From positions 319,257-383,256 of the forward strand of contig CAVPVX010000004.1 of NCBI GenBank assembly GCA_963709345.1: DNA of 64,000 nt, given 5' to 3'. The DNA is from an uncultured Actinomycetes bacterium (lineage in GTDB: Bacteria > Actinomycetota > Thermoleophilia > UBA2241). How positions within the stretch are numbered: position 1 is the first letter of the stretch; each line of letters begins with the position of its first letter. This document shows, piece after piece, positions 10,349 through 19,834 of the stretch. A program made the translations under genes and the position numbers. Below the pieces are notes generated by a model. It did no database searches, was not told where the DNA came from, and was given only the letters and a program-made list of their open reading frames with translations.

Positions 10349-11109
10349 TGCTCGGCATGTTCAAAGCCATGCGCACGACGCTCAAACATCTGCCGATGAA
10401 GAAGATCACGGTGCAGTATCCCGAGCAGCGCGATCGCCTGCCGGAGCGTAGCCGCGGCCTGTTTCGCGTCGTCATCGACCCGGCGAGCGGCGAGCCGCGT
10501 TGCCGCGCCTGCACGCTCTGCGAGAGCAACTGCCCGGTGCAGGTCATCCGCGTCAACTACGAGAGCAAGTACCGGCTCCCCGTGCCCAACGCGGCGCGCG
10601 TCGCGGAGGCGCGTCTCGCAGCGCAGACGGGCGTCGACCTCAAGGAACTGCAGCCGGTGCTCGACGACTACTACGAGCACGGCACCGGTCTCATCGCCAT
10701 ACTGCAGAACGCGCAGGAGGTCTACGGCTATCTGCCGCGCCTGGTGCTGCAGGAGATCGGTCTGCAGACGGGCGTCTCGCTCAGCCAGATCTACGGCGTC
10801 TCGAGCTTCTACAACCAGTTCCGGCTCTCCCCCGTCGGCGAGCACATCATCGACGTGTGCCACGGCACCGCCTGCCACGTGGCGGGTGCGGTGCAGATCA
10901 CCGAGGCCCTCGAGGAGGAGCTCGGCGTCGCCGAGGGCAAGACCACGACGGACATGAAGTTCACGCTGTCGTCGGTGGCCTGCATGGGCGCCTGCTCGCA
11001 GGCTCCCGTGATGCGCATCGGCGACGCGACCTACGGCGCTCTCACCCCCGACAAGACGCGCAAGATCATCCGCGACCTCATGCAAGAGGTCGGCGGTGAG
11101 AGGGGGTGA
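10348..11109 (+). CDS. fusion of the NuoI N-terminal half (one CxxCxxCxxxCP) with a NuoE/HydC [2Fe-2S] subunit
   Basis: Residues ~1-70 are NuoI-like (TxxYPE, RSRG, RCRACTLCESNCPVQVI). Residues ~95-253 are NuoE/HydC-like (LIAILQxAQExYGYLP, SFYxQF, CHGTACH, CMGACSQAP). Confidence 0.88.
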   Translation: MLGMFKAMRTTLKHLPMKKITVQYPEQRDRLPERSRGLFRVVIDPASGEPRCRACTLCESNCPVQVIRVNYESKYRLPVPNAARVAEARLAAQTGVDLKELQPVLDDYYEHGTGLIAILQNAQEVYGYLPRLVLQEIGLQTGVSLSQIYGVSSFYNQFRLSPVGEHIIDVCHGTACHVAGAVQITEALEEELGVAEGKTTTDMKFTLSSVACMGACSQAPVMRIGDATYGALTPDKTRKIIRDLMQEVGGERG

Positions 11110-13022
11110 GCGGAGGCGGCATGGCTGACGAGACCCCGACACCACGCGCCGCGACCGACGTGCGTAACGTCAGCGTCGCCGAAGGACCGGACGGCAGGTT
11201 CACCGTCAAGGTGTGCGCGGGTACGGCCTGCGTGTTCGCCGGCTCCCTCGCGGTCTACGACGCGTTCGTCGAGGAGGTCGCGGCCGCCGGGCTGGGAGAC
11301 AAGGTCGAGGTGAGCATCATCGGGTGCCATGGGCTCTGCTCGATGAGTCCGGTCGTGGTGCTCGGCGACGACACGCTCTACGGCCATCTGCGGCCGAAGG
11401 ACGTCGGCAAGGTCGTCGAGGAGCACCTCAAGGGGGGCGTGCCGGTCGAGCGGTTCCTCTACAAGGACGCCCAGACCGGCGAACGCATCCGCGACTGGCA
11501 CGATATCGGCTTCTACAAAGCGCAGACGCGCATCGCGCTCCGCGACGTCGGCGTCATCGACCCCGAGAGCATCGACGCCTACCTCGAGCGCGGCGGTTAC
11601 GAGGCTGCGCGCATGGCGCTCACCGAGAAGACGCCCGAGTGGATCATCGAGCACGTCACCGACTCGGGCATCCGCGGTCGCGGCGGCGCGGGGTTCCCGA
11701 CCGGCGTCAAGTGGAAGTTCGCGGCGCAGTCGAAGAGTGAGATCAAGTACCTCATCTGCAACGCCGACGAGGGCGACCCCGGCGCGTTCATGGATCGCTC
11801 GATCCTCGAGGGCGATCCGCACGCCGTCATCGAGGGCATGCTCATCGCCAGCTACGCGATCGGCGCGAGCGAGGGCTACGTGTACGTACGTGCCGAGTAC
11901 CCGCTCGCGGTCAAGCGCCTCACCATGGCGATAGCCGACGCCGAGGCGCGCGGCTTCCTCGGCAAGGACGTCTTCGGCACCGGCTGGGAGTTCAGCCTCC
12001 ACCTCAAGCTCGGCGCCGGCGCGTTCGTCTGCGGCGAGGAGACCGCCCTGATCGCCAGCATCGAGGGCAAGCGCGGCATGCCGCGCTCACGGCCGCCCTA
12101 CCCCGCAGTCAGCGGCCTCTGGGGCAAGCCGACCAACATCAACAACGTCGAGACGCTCGCCAACATCGCCTGGATCGTCACCCACCCCGCCGCGGCCTAC
12201 TCGGACCTGGGCATCGACGTCAGCCGCGGCACCAAGGCCTTCAGCCTGGCCGGCAAGCTCGTCAACGGCGGCCTCGCCGAGGTGCCGATGGGCAGCACGC
12301 TGCGCCACGTGATCTTCGACGTCGGCGGCGGCATCAAGGGCGGCAAGAAGTTCAAGGCCGTGCAGCTCGGCGGTCCGTCCGGGGGCTGCGTGCCGGCGAG
12401 CCTGCTCGACACCCCGGTCGACTACGAGAGCCTCGCCGCGACCGGCGCCATCGTGGGTTCCGGCGGCATGGTCGTCGTCGACGAAGAAACGTGCATGGTC
12501 GACCTCGCGCGCTTCTTCCTCGACTTCACGCAGAAGGAATCGTGCGGCAAGTGCATCCCCTGCCGCCTCGGCACCAAGCGCATGCTCGAGGTCCTCGACC
12601 GCATCATCGCCGGCGACGGCCGCGAGGGCGACATCGAGTTGCTTGAGGAGCTCGGCGCCTACATCATCGAGGGCTCGCTCTGCGCCCTCGGCGGCACCGC
12701 TCCGAACCCCGTGCTGACGACCATCAAGTACTTCCGCAGCGAATACGAGGCCCACATCCGCGAGAAGCGCTGTCCGGCCGGGACGTGCAAGTCGCTGATC
12801 ACGTACTACATCGATCCGGACGCGTGCACCGGCTGCACCCTCTGCGCCAAGAAGTGCCCGACCTCGTGCATCACCGGCGAGAAGAAGCAGCTGCACGTGA
12901 TCGACGTCGCGAACTGCATCAAGTGCGACACGTGCCGCCAGGTCTGCAAGTTCGACGCGGTCAAGGTGCGCTCGGGCATCGAGCAGGCCGTGGCCGGCAC
13001 CTCCGAAGGGGCTGAGAGCTGA
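11106..13022 (+). CDS. nuoF: NuoF of the HydB/BfuB type (FMN/NADH subunit with extra N-terminal [2Fe-2S] and C-terminal 2[4Fe-4S] domains)
   Basis: CAGTAC...CHGLC; GRGGAGFPTG; NADEGDPGAFMD; GAFVCGEET; GGPSGG; ESCGKCIPCRLG; H..CPAGTC; CTGCTLCAKKCP; CIKCDTCRQVC. Confidence 0.93.
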   Translation: MSGGGMADETPTPRAATDVRNVSVAEGPDGRFTVKVCAGTACVFAGSLAVYDAFVEEVAAAGLGDKVEVSIIGCHGLCSMSPVVVLGDDTLYGHLRPKDVGKVVEEHLKGGVPVERFLYKDAQTGERIRDWHDIGFYKAQTRIALRDVGVIDPESIDAYLERGGYEAARMALTEKTPEWIIEHVTDSGIRGRGGAGFPTGVKWKFAAQSKSEIKYLICNADEGDPGAFMDRSILEGDPHAVIEGMLIASYAIGASEGYVYVRAEYPLAVKRLTMAIADAEARGFLGKDVFGTGWEFSLHLKLGAGAFVCGEETALIASIEGKRGMPRSRPPYPAVSGLWGKPTNINNVETLANIAWIVTHPAAAYSDLGIDVSRGTKAFSLAGKLVNGGLAEVPMGSTLRHVIFDVGGGIKGGKKFKAVQLGGPSGGCVPASLLDTPVDYESLAATGAIVGSGGMVVVDEETCMVDLARFFLDFTQKESCGKCIPCRLGTKRMLEVLDRIIAGDGREGDIELLEELGAYIIEGSLCALGGTAPNPVLTTIKYFRSEYEAHIREKRCPAGTCKSLITYYIDPDACTGCTLCAKKCPTSCITGEKKQLHVIDVANCIKCDTCRQVCKFDAVKVRSGIEQAVAGTSEGAES

Positions 13023-13024
13023 CC

Positions 13025-15499
13025 ATGGCGACCACGGCGGAGAACGTACCCCAGACGAAGCCGCGCCCCGGCCAGATCACCCTGACCATCGACGGACAGG
13101 AAGTCACCTGCGAGCGCGGCGACACGATCCTCGAGGCTGCGCAGCGCATCGGCATCCACATCCCGACTCTCTGCTACGAGCCGCGGCTCCCGGCCACCGC
13201 CGCCTGCCGCATGTGCATCGTCGAGGTCGAGGGCGCCCGCAAGGTCGTCCCGAGCTGCTCCTCGGCGGTCAGCGACGGCATGGTCGTGCGCACCAACACC
13301 GACAAGGTGCGCGCCATGCGGCACCTGTATCTCGAGCTGCTGCTCAGCGACCACAACTCGTTCTGCACGCCGCCGTGCCGCGACGCCTGCCCGACGCACA
13401 TCAAGATCCCGCAGTTCCTCGACTACATCGCTCACAAGGACTACAAGAACGGCGTGCGCAAGCTGCGCGAGGATCTGCCCTTCCCGGCCATCTTGGGGCG
13501 CGTCTGCCCGCGGCCCTGTGAGGGACCGTGCCGTCGCCAGCTCGTGGAGCACCCCATCACCATCTGCCAGCTCCACCGCTTCATGGCCGACCAGACCATC
13601 GACGAGGAGCAGACCGGCGAGCTGCTGCTGCCGGTCGAGCCGAAGGCCGACACCGGTAGAAGGATCGCCGTCGTGGGTGGCGGGCCCGCCGGCCTGGCAT
13701 GCGCGTTCTATGCCCGGCTCGAGGGGCACTCGGTCAAGATCTTCGAGGCCCTGCCCAAGCCGGGCGGTATGCTCCGCTACGGCATCCCCAGCTACCGCCT
13801 GCCGCGCGACCTCCTCGACAAGGAGATCAACGTGCTCTGGCGCATGGGTGTCGAGATCCAAGTCGACAGCCGTCTCGGCGTTGACTACCAGCTTGAGGAT
13901 CTGCTGGGCGAGTACGACGCCGTCTTCCTCGGCCTCGGCGCCTTCAACAGCAACGACATGCGCATCCCCGGTGAAGACGCCGACGGAGTCGTCACCGCCG
14001 TCGACTTCCTCGGCGAGCTCGAGCGCACCGGCGAGGTGCACGTGGGCAAGAAGGTCACCGTCATCGGTGGCGGCTTCACGGCCATGGACGCCTGCCGCAC
14101 CGGCTTGCGCAAAGGCGCCGCCGAGGTCACCTGCCTCTACCGCCGCTCGCGCAAGGAGATGCCGGCGCACCACACCGAGGTCGACGAGGCCGAGGAGGAG
14201 GGCGTCAAGCTCGAGCTTCTCTGCGCGCCGCTCCGCGTGCTCACCGACGGCGCGAACAAGGTCACCGGCATCGAGATGCAGCGCATGGAGCTGGGCGAGC
14301 CCGACGCCTCCGGGCGCCGCCGCCCCGTGCCGGTCGAGGGCTCGGAGTTCGTCGTCGAGTGCGACCAGGTCATCGCCGCCATCGGCCAGTACCCCAAGCT
14401 CGACGGCACCAGCGAGGAACAGGGCGTCAAACGCACCAAGTGGCGTACGATCGAGGTCGACGACTGGACCTTCCAGACGGATGATCCGCGCGTCTTCGCC
14501 GGCGGTGACGCCGTGCTCGGCGCGCAGACGGTGATCCAGGCCGTGGCGCAGGGCAAGAAGGCCGCCTGGAGCATCGACGCCTTCCTGCGCGGCGCCGACA
14601 TGCGCGACGTGGGGCAGTCGCTCGCGGAGCTCAAGGCCACGCCGTTCTTCAACGCGCTGACGAACAAGACGGATCTCGACCCGCGCATCGCGCGAATGGC
14701 CGAGATCCCACCCGTGTTCATCGACATGACCACCGACGTGAAGCACCCGAGCCCGCCCGCCGAGATGCCCAAGCTCCCCCCCGACGAGCGCAGGACCAAC
14801 TTCAAGCAGATCGAGCTCGGCTTCAGCGAAGAAGAGGCCGTCCGCGGCGCCGAGCTCTGCCTCGATTGCTACTGCCCGGCGAACGGCAAGTGCGACCTCC
14901 AGCGGTACAGCATCGAGTACGAGGTGTTCAAGAACCGCTTCCACGGCGGCGAAGCCCACGACTACCCGGCCGACTTCCGCCACGACTTCATCATGCGCGA
15001 GCCCAACCGCTGCATCAATTGCGGGCGCTGCGTGCGCGTCTGCCGCATGGAGGTGGGCTCGAGCTGCTACGACAACATGGGCCGCGGGTTCGACTCCATC
15101 GTCAGCACGGCCGACAATCTGCCGCTGCAGCTGGTCGGCTGCGTGAGTTGCGGCAAGTGCGCGGAGACCTGCCCGACCGGGTCCATCGAGACCAACCCGC
15201 GCCTGCTCGCCAGCTACGACCTGGACGAGAGCCGCTGCATCTTCTGCGGGGAGTGCGTCGAGGTCTGCCCCTACGACGCGCTCGAGCAGACCGACTACTA
15301 CGAGCTTGCCGGCTACAATCGCACGACCATGGCGAGGGAGTCGCTCTACGTGCGTGAGCCGCGCCCCGCCGACCCGCTGCGCGAGACGCTCCCCGACCTC
15401 GTGCCGCACGTGCGCGACGCGGTGCTGGGCGCCGGCTGGGTGTGGGATCCGATCAAGGACGACCCGATCGACCTGGGCGACCCGGAGGAGGCCGGCTGA
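13025..15499 (+). CDS. NuoG/HydA N-terminal Fe-S region with an inserted GltD/SudA-like FAD/NADPH domain, fused to the NuoI C-terminal half
   Basis: [2Fe-2S] region CY..ACRMCIVE..PSC; GltD-like PCRDACP, GRVCPRPCE, GGGPAG, YGIPxYRLP, GGGFTAMD, YRRS, GGD; then CDLQ, CINCGRCVRVC, CVSCGKCAETCPTG; ends with NuoI-like YDLDESRCIFCGECVEVCPYDALEQTDYYELA. Confidence 0.88.
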   Translation: MATTAENVPQTKPRPGQITLTIDGQEVTCERGDTILEAAQRIGIHIPTLCYEPRLPATAACRMCIVEVEGARKVVPSCSSAVSDGMVVRTNTDKVRAMRHLYLELLLSDHNSFCTPPCRDACPTHIKIPQFLDYIAHKDYKNGVRKLREDLPFPAILGRVCPRPCEGPCRRQLVEHPITICQLHRFMADQTIDEEQTGELLLPVEPKADTGRRIAVVGGGPAGLACAFYARLEGHSVKIFEALPKPGGMLRYGIPSYRLPRDLLDKEINVLWRMGVEIQVDSRLGVDYQLEDLLGEYDAVFLGLGAFNSNDMRIPGEDADGVVTAVDFLGELERTGEVHVGKKVTVIGGGFTAMDACRTGLRKGAAEVTCLYRRSRKEMPAHHTEVDEAEEEGVKLELLCAPLRVLTDGANKVTGIEMQRMELGEPDASGRRRPVPVEGSEFVVECDQVIAAIGQYPKLDGTSEEQGVKRTKWRTIEVDDWTFQTDDPRVFAGGDAVLGAQTVIQAVAQGKKAAWSIDAFLRGADMRDVGQSLAELKATPFFNALTNKTDLDPRIARMAEIPPVFIDMTTDVKHPSPPAEMPKLPPDERRTNFKQIELGFSEEEAVRGAELCLDCYCPANGKCDLQRYSIEYEVFKNRFHGGEAHDYPADFRHDFIMREPNRCINCGRCVRVCRMEVGSSCYDNMGRGFDSIVSTADNLPLQLVGCVSCGKCAETCPTGSIETNPRLLASYDLDESRCIFCGECVEVCPYDALEQTDYYELAGYNRTTMARESLYVREPRPADPLRETLPDLVPHVRDAVLGAGWVWDPIKDDPIDLGDPEEAG

Positions 15500-16008
15500 T
15501 GCCCGGCGGCGACTTCCATCCCTGGTTCTTCGTCATCGTCGCCGCGTGGGTGCTCGTCTGCGGCCTCGGCGTCGTGCTGTTCAAGAAGATCATGTACTCG
15601 GCCGTGTCGATGATCTTCTGCTTCCTCGGCGTGGCGTTCGCCTTCGCGCTGCTCAACGCGCCGCTGGTCGCCGTCCTGCAGATCGTGATCTACGTCGGCG
15701 CCATCTCGATCGTCGTGATCTTCGCGATCATGCTCACCGAGGTCCAGACCGGCGGCTTCGAGCTCTTCTTCAACCGCCAGACGCTGGGCGCGGCCGTCGT
15801 CGCCCTCGTCGGCGCCGCGGTCCTCGCCGTGGTCGCCCTGTCGGCGGACATCGGGGCAGTGGGCGAGAAGTCGCTCACCCCGGGCATCAAGACGCTGTCG
15901 CGTCTCATCTTCGACCGGTACGTGCTGCCGTTCGAGTTGGTCTCGCTGGTGCTGGTGGCGGCCATGATCGGCGCCATCGTCCTCGCGCATCGAGAGGAGG
16001 AGCGCTGA
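15499..16008 (+). CDS. nuoJ: NADH-quinone oxidoreductase subunit J
   Basis: QIxIYVGAIxxxxxFAIML and YVLPFELxSLVLxxAMIGAI. Confidence 0.93.
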   Translation: MPGGDFHPWFFVIVAAWVLVCGLGVVLFKKIMYSAVSMIFCFLGVAFAFALLNAPLVAVLQIVIYVGAISIVVIFAIMLTEVQTGGFELFFNRQTLGAAVVALVGAAVLAVVALSADIGAVGEKSLTPGIKTLSRLIFDRYVLPFELVSLVLVAAMIGAIVLAHREEER

Positions 16009-16316
16009 TGGATCCACTCCAGTGGTGGCTGTTGCTCTCGATCCTGCTCTTCTGCATCGGCGCCTTCGGCGTGCTCGCCCGGCGGAACGTGATCGTCGTC
16101 GTCATGAGCCTCGAGATCATGCTCAGCGCGGTGAACATCGCGCTGGTCGCGACCGCCAACTTCAGGGGCGGCGCGCGTGGCGCCGGCACGCTCTTCGCAC
16201 TGTTCATGATCGTGCTGGCCGCCTCCGAGGTCACGGTGGGCCTGGCGATAGTCATCGCCAACTACCGCAACCGGCGCACCGTACAGACCGACACCTACGA
16301 CGAGCTCAAGGGGTAG
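16008..16316 (+). CDS. nuoK: NADH-quinone oxidoreductase subunit K
   Basis: LFxIGxxGVLxRRN, EIMLxAVN, AASEVxVGLAI and terminal LKG. Confidence 0.93.
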   Translation: MDPLQWWLLLSILLFCIGAFGVLARRNVIVVVMSLEIMLSAVNIALVATANFRGGARGAGTLFALFMIVLAASEVTVGLAIVIANYRNRRTVQTDTYDELKG

Positions 16317-16329
16317 CGAGGAAGCACCG

Positions 16330-18246
16330 GTGGAGGGGACTCAGTACATGAAGATCGCCGTGGCGCTCATCCCGCTGCTGCCGCTGCTCGGCTTCATCGT
16401 GACGCTCGTGCTCGGCAAGCGCTGGGGCGCCAGGGCCCACATCCTTGCGGTCGCGCTCGTCACCGTCTCGGCGGCGCTCAGCATCTACGCCTTCATCTGG
16501 GCGTTCACGCATCAGCACGAGACCTTCGTCTGGGACGCCTTCACCTGGGTCGCGGCCGGTCGCTTCACCGTCGAGTGGGGTTTCCAGGTCGACACCCTGA
16601 CCGGCGTCATGCTCCTCGTGGTCGGCATCATCGGCATGGTCGTGCACTACTACTCGATCGGCTACATGCACGGCGACGAGGGCTACTACCGCTTCTTCGC
16701 CTACCTCAACCTGTTCATGTTCGCGATGTTCGTGCTCATCCTCGCCGACAACTACCTCCTGCTCTTCCTCGGCTGGGAGGGCGTGGGCCTGTGCTCGTAC
16801 CTGCTGATCGCCTTCTGGTTCCGCAAGAAGAGCGCCAGCCAGGCGGGCAAGAAGGCCTTCATCGTCAACCGGGTCGGCGACTTCGGCTTCATGCTCGCCA
16901 TGTTCACCATCTTCACGGCGACCGGCACGCTCCAGTTCAGCGGCGTCTTCGAGGCCGCCGAGTCCGGCGCGATCGCCGGCGGCACCATGACCTGGATCTG
17001 CCTGCTGCTGTTCGCCGGCGCGATCGGCAAGAGCGCCCAGTTCCCGCTGCACGTGTGGCTGCCGGACGCCATGGAGGGCCCCACGCCGGTCAGCGCGCTC
17101 ATCCACGCCGCCACGATGGTCAACGCCGGCGTCTACATGGTCGCGCGCTCGTACCCGCTGTTCATCAGCAGCGAGACGGCGATGCTCGTCGTCATGGGTA
17201 TCGGCATCTTCACCGCGATCTTCGCGGCCTACATCGCGATCACCCAGAACGACATCAAGAAGGTGATCGCGTACTCCACCATCTCGTCGCTCGGCTTCAT
17301 GTTCGTGGCGCTCGGCGCCGGGGCCTGGGTGGCGGGCATCTTCTACCTGTTCGCGCACGGCTTCTTCAAGGGACTGCTGTTCCTCTGCTCGGGCTCGGTG
17401 ATCCACGCCATGGGCGGGGAACAGGACATGCGCAAGATGGGGGGACTGCGCAAGAAGCTCCCCATCACCTTCTGGACGATGATGGCCGGCGCCCTCTCCA
17501 TGGTCGGACTGATCCCCTTCGCAGGCTTCTGGGCCAAGGACGAGATCATCGGCGCGACGTTCATCCACGGGTACTACGTGGTGTGGGCGGTGGCGATGGT
17601 CGTCGTGCTCCTCACCGCCATCTACATGGGGCGTCTCATGTTCCTCACCTTCTGGGGCGAGAACCGCTCCGACGCCGAGGTGCAGGCCCATATCCACGAG
17701 TCGCCGCCGATCATGACGGTGCCGCTGATCGTCCTCGCGATCCCTGCCGCCCTGCTCGGCCTCGTCGTCGGCCTGCCGCCCGAGGGAGGCTGGATCCACG
17801 ACTTCCTGCACCCGGTCTTCTTCGATGTCGAGGGCGAGCCGTTCCACCTGCTCGGCGAGGGCGGGCTGCTCATGCTCGCCTCCCTCGCCACTGTGCTGGT
17901 GGGTCTGTACGTCGCCTACTACCTCTACGTGCGCCAGACGGAGATCCCCGGGCGCATCGCCGCGCGCGTTCCCGTCGCCTACAAGGCCAGCCTCAACAAG
18001 ATGTACATGGACGACATCTACGACGTCGTGCCGATCCGCGCCACGCTCGGGTTCGCCGACTGGCTCTGGACCTTCTTCGACGTCAAAGTCATCGACGGCG
18101 CCGTCAACGGCATGGCCCGCCTCTGGGGCTGGGCCGGCGACCGCTTGCGGCCCATCCAGACCGGTCGCGTCCAGAGCTACGCCATGTACATGTTCGCCGG
18201 CATGGTGCTTCTCGTGATCGTCTTCGCCTGGGTCTGGGTGAGTTGA
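16330..18246 (+). CDS. nuoL: NADH-quinone oxidoreductase subunit L
   Basis: GWEGVGLCSYLLI, KAFIVNRVGD, KSAQFPLHVWLPDAMEGPTPVSALIHAATMV; lateral-helix tail IDGAVNG..QTGRVQ. Confidence 0.95.
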   Translation: MEGTQYMKIAVALIPLLPLLGFIVTLVLGKRWGARAHILAVALVTVSAALSIYAFIWAFTHQHETFVWDAFTWVAAGRFTVEWGFQVDTLTGVMLLVVGIIGMVVHYYSIGYMHGDEGYYRFFAYLNLFMFAMFVLILADNYLLLFLGWEGVGLCSYLLIAFWFRKKSASQAGKKAFIVNRVGDFGFMLAMFTIFTATGTLQFSGVFEAAESGAIAGGTMTWICLLLFAGAIGKSAQFPLHVWLPDAMEGPTPVSALIHAATMVNAGVYMVARSYPLFISSETAMLVVMGIGIFTAIFAAYIAITQNDIKKVIAYSTISSLGFMFVALGAGAWVAGIFYLFAHGFFKGLLFLCSGSVIHAMGGEQDMRKMGGLRKKLPITFWTMMAGALSMVGLIPFAGFWAKDEIIGATFIHGYYVVWAVAMVVVLLTAIYMGRLMFLTFWGENRSDAEVQAHIHESPPIMTVPLIVLAIPAALLGLVVGLPPEGGWIHDFLHPVFFDVEGEPFHLLGEGGLLMLASLATVLVGLYVAYYLYVRQTEIPGRIAARVPVAYKASLNKMYMDDIYDVVPIRATLGFADWLWTFFDVKVIDGAVNGMARLWGWAGDRLRPIQTGRVQSYAMYMFAGMVLLVIVFAWVWVS

Positions 18247-18247
18247 C

Positions 18248-19834
18248 GTGAGCTGGAACGACCAGATCGGCTTCCCGATTCTCTCCGTCATCACCTTCCT
18301 GCCGCTCGCCGGCGTGCTGGTGATCCTGCTCGTGGGCCGCGGCCGCCCCGTCGTGTACAAGACGATCGCCCTCATCGTGACGCTGGCGGCGTTCGTCCTC
18401 TCGGTGTGGATGCTGTTCGCCTTCAGGACCACGCTGCCGGGCATGCAGTTCGCCGAAGACCTGAAGTGGATCGAGGCGCTGAACATCCACTACGGCATGG
18501 GCGTCGACGGCATCGCCGCGCTGCTCGTCTTCCTGACGACGCTGCTCGGCTGCATCGTCATCATCTCCAGTTGGAACTACGTGAAGGACCGTGAGGTCGG
18601 CTTCTTCATCTCGCTGCTGCTTCTCCAGGTGGGGATGGTCGGCGTCTTCTGCGCCACCGACCTCTTCCTCTTCTACGTGTACTGGGAAGCCATGCTGGTG
18701 CCGATGTACTTCATCATCGGCATCTGGGGCGGCCCGCGCCGGGTCTACGCGGCGATCAAGTTCTTCCTGTTCACGCTGGTCGGCAGCCTGCTCATGCTCG
18801 TCGCGATCATCGTCGTCGTGTACTACGTGCAGGACGGCGCGGGGCCGCTGACGTTCGACATCCAGGAGCTCAGCCGCCAGGTGTACTCGTATCACCTGCA
18901 GTTCTGGGCCTTCCTCGCCTTCTTCCTGGCGTTCGCCATCAAGGTGCCGATGTTCCCGCTGCACACCTGGCTCCCGGATGCCCATGTCGAGGCGCCGACG
19001 GCCGGCTCCGTCATCCTCGCCGGCGTGCTCCTCAAGATGGGCGGCTACGGCATGCTGCGCTTCTGCCTGCCGTTCTTCCCGGACGCCTCGGTGACGTTCA
19101 TCCCGTGGGTGGTAGGGCTCTCGGTGATCGCGATCATCTACGGCGCGCTCGTCGCGCTCATGCAGAAGGACCTCAAGAAGCTGGTCGCGTACTCGAGCGT
19201 GAGCCACATGGGTTTCGTCACCGCCGGCATCTTCGCCAGCATCGCGCTGGTCGGCAACGCGGCCGGCATGGAGGGCGCGATCCTCGTCATGCTCAGCCAC
19301 GGCTTCCTCACCGGCGCCCTGTTCCTCATGGTCGGCTACGCCTACGAGCGCACGCACACACGCCTGATCGCCGACATGGGCTCGCTGGCCAAGCCGCTGC
19401 CCATCCTGGCCGGGTTCTTCCTCTTCTTCGCCTTCGGCTCCGCCGGGCTGCCCGGCCTGAGCGGCTTCGTCGGCGAGTTCCTCAGCCTGCTCGGCGTCTT
19501 CGAGTACTCGCGCTGGCTGGCGGCGCTCGGCGCGCTCGGCGTGATCCTCGCCGCCGCCTACCTCCTCTGGATGTTCCAGCGCACGATGTTCAACGACCGT
19601 GGCGACGCCGACGTGAAGCCCACGTTCGAGCTCAAGGACCTGAACGCCCGTGAGATCGTGTCGCTGCTGCCGCTGGTCGTCTTCGTCGTCTGGCTCGGCG
19701 TGTATCCCGAGACGTTCCTGAACTTCCTGCACGTGCCGGTGCAGGCGATCCTCGACAAGGTCACGCCGTCGCTCCAGGACGCGAGCGTGCATGGGCTGGC
19801 GCAGCTCTTCGACGTCACCAGGGGGCTGTTCTAG
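18248..19834 (+). CDS. nuoM: NADH-quinone oxidoreductase subunit M
   Basis: IKVPMFPLHTWLPDAHVEAPT, LLKMGGYG, AYSSVSHMG and GFVGEF. Confidence 0.95.
   Translation: MSWNDQIGFPILSVITFLPLAGVLVILLVGRGRPVVYKTIALIVTLAAFVLSVWMLFAFRTTLPGMQFAEDLKWIEALNIHYGMGVDGIAALLVFLTTLLGCIVIISSWNYVKDREVGFFISLLLLQVGMVGVFCATDLFLFYVYWEAMLVPMYFIIGIWGGPRRVYAAIKFFLFTLVGSLLMLVAIIVVVYYVQDGAGPLTFDIQELSRQVYSYHLQFWAFLAFFLAFAIKVPMFPLHTWLPDAHVEAPTAGSVILAGVLLKMGGYGMLRFCLPFFPDASVTFIPWVVGLSVIAIIYGALVALMQKDLKKLVAYSSVSHMGFVTAGIFASIALVGNAAGMEGAILVMLSHGFLTGALFLMVGYAYERTHTRLIADMGSLAKPLPILAGFFLFFAFGSAGLPGLSGFVGEFLSLLGVFEYSRWLAALGALGVILAAAYLLWMFQRTMFNDRGDADVKPTFELKDLNAREIVSLLPLVVFVVWLGVYPETFLNFLHVPVQAILDKVTPSLQDASVHGLAQLFDVTRGLF

Noticed and set aside
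13025-15499. 824-aa protein as formate dehydrogenase, [FeFe]-hydrogenase or glutamate synthase subunit
   Set aside because: It has no molybdopterin or H-cluster motifs and no gltB is nearby. The GltD-like part is a domain within a complex I subunit.
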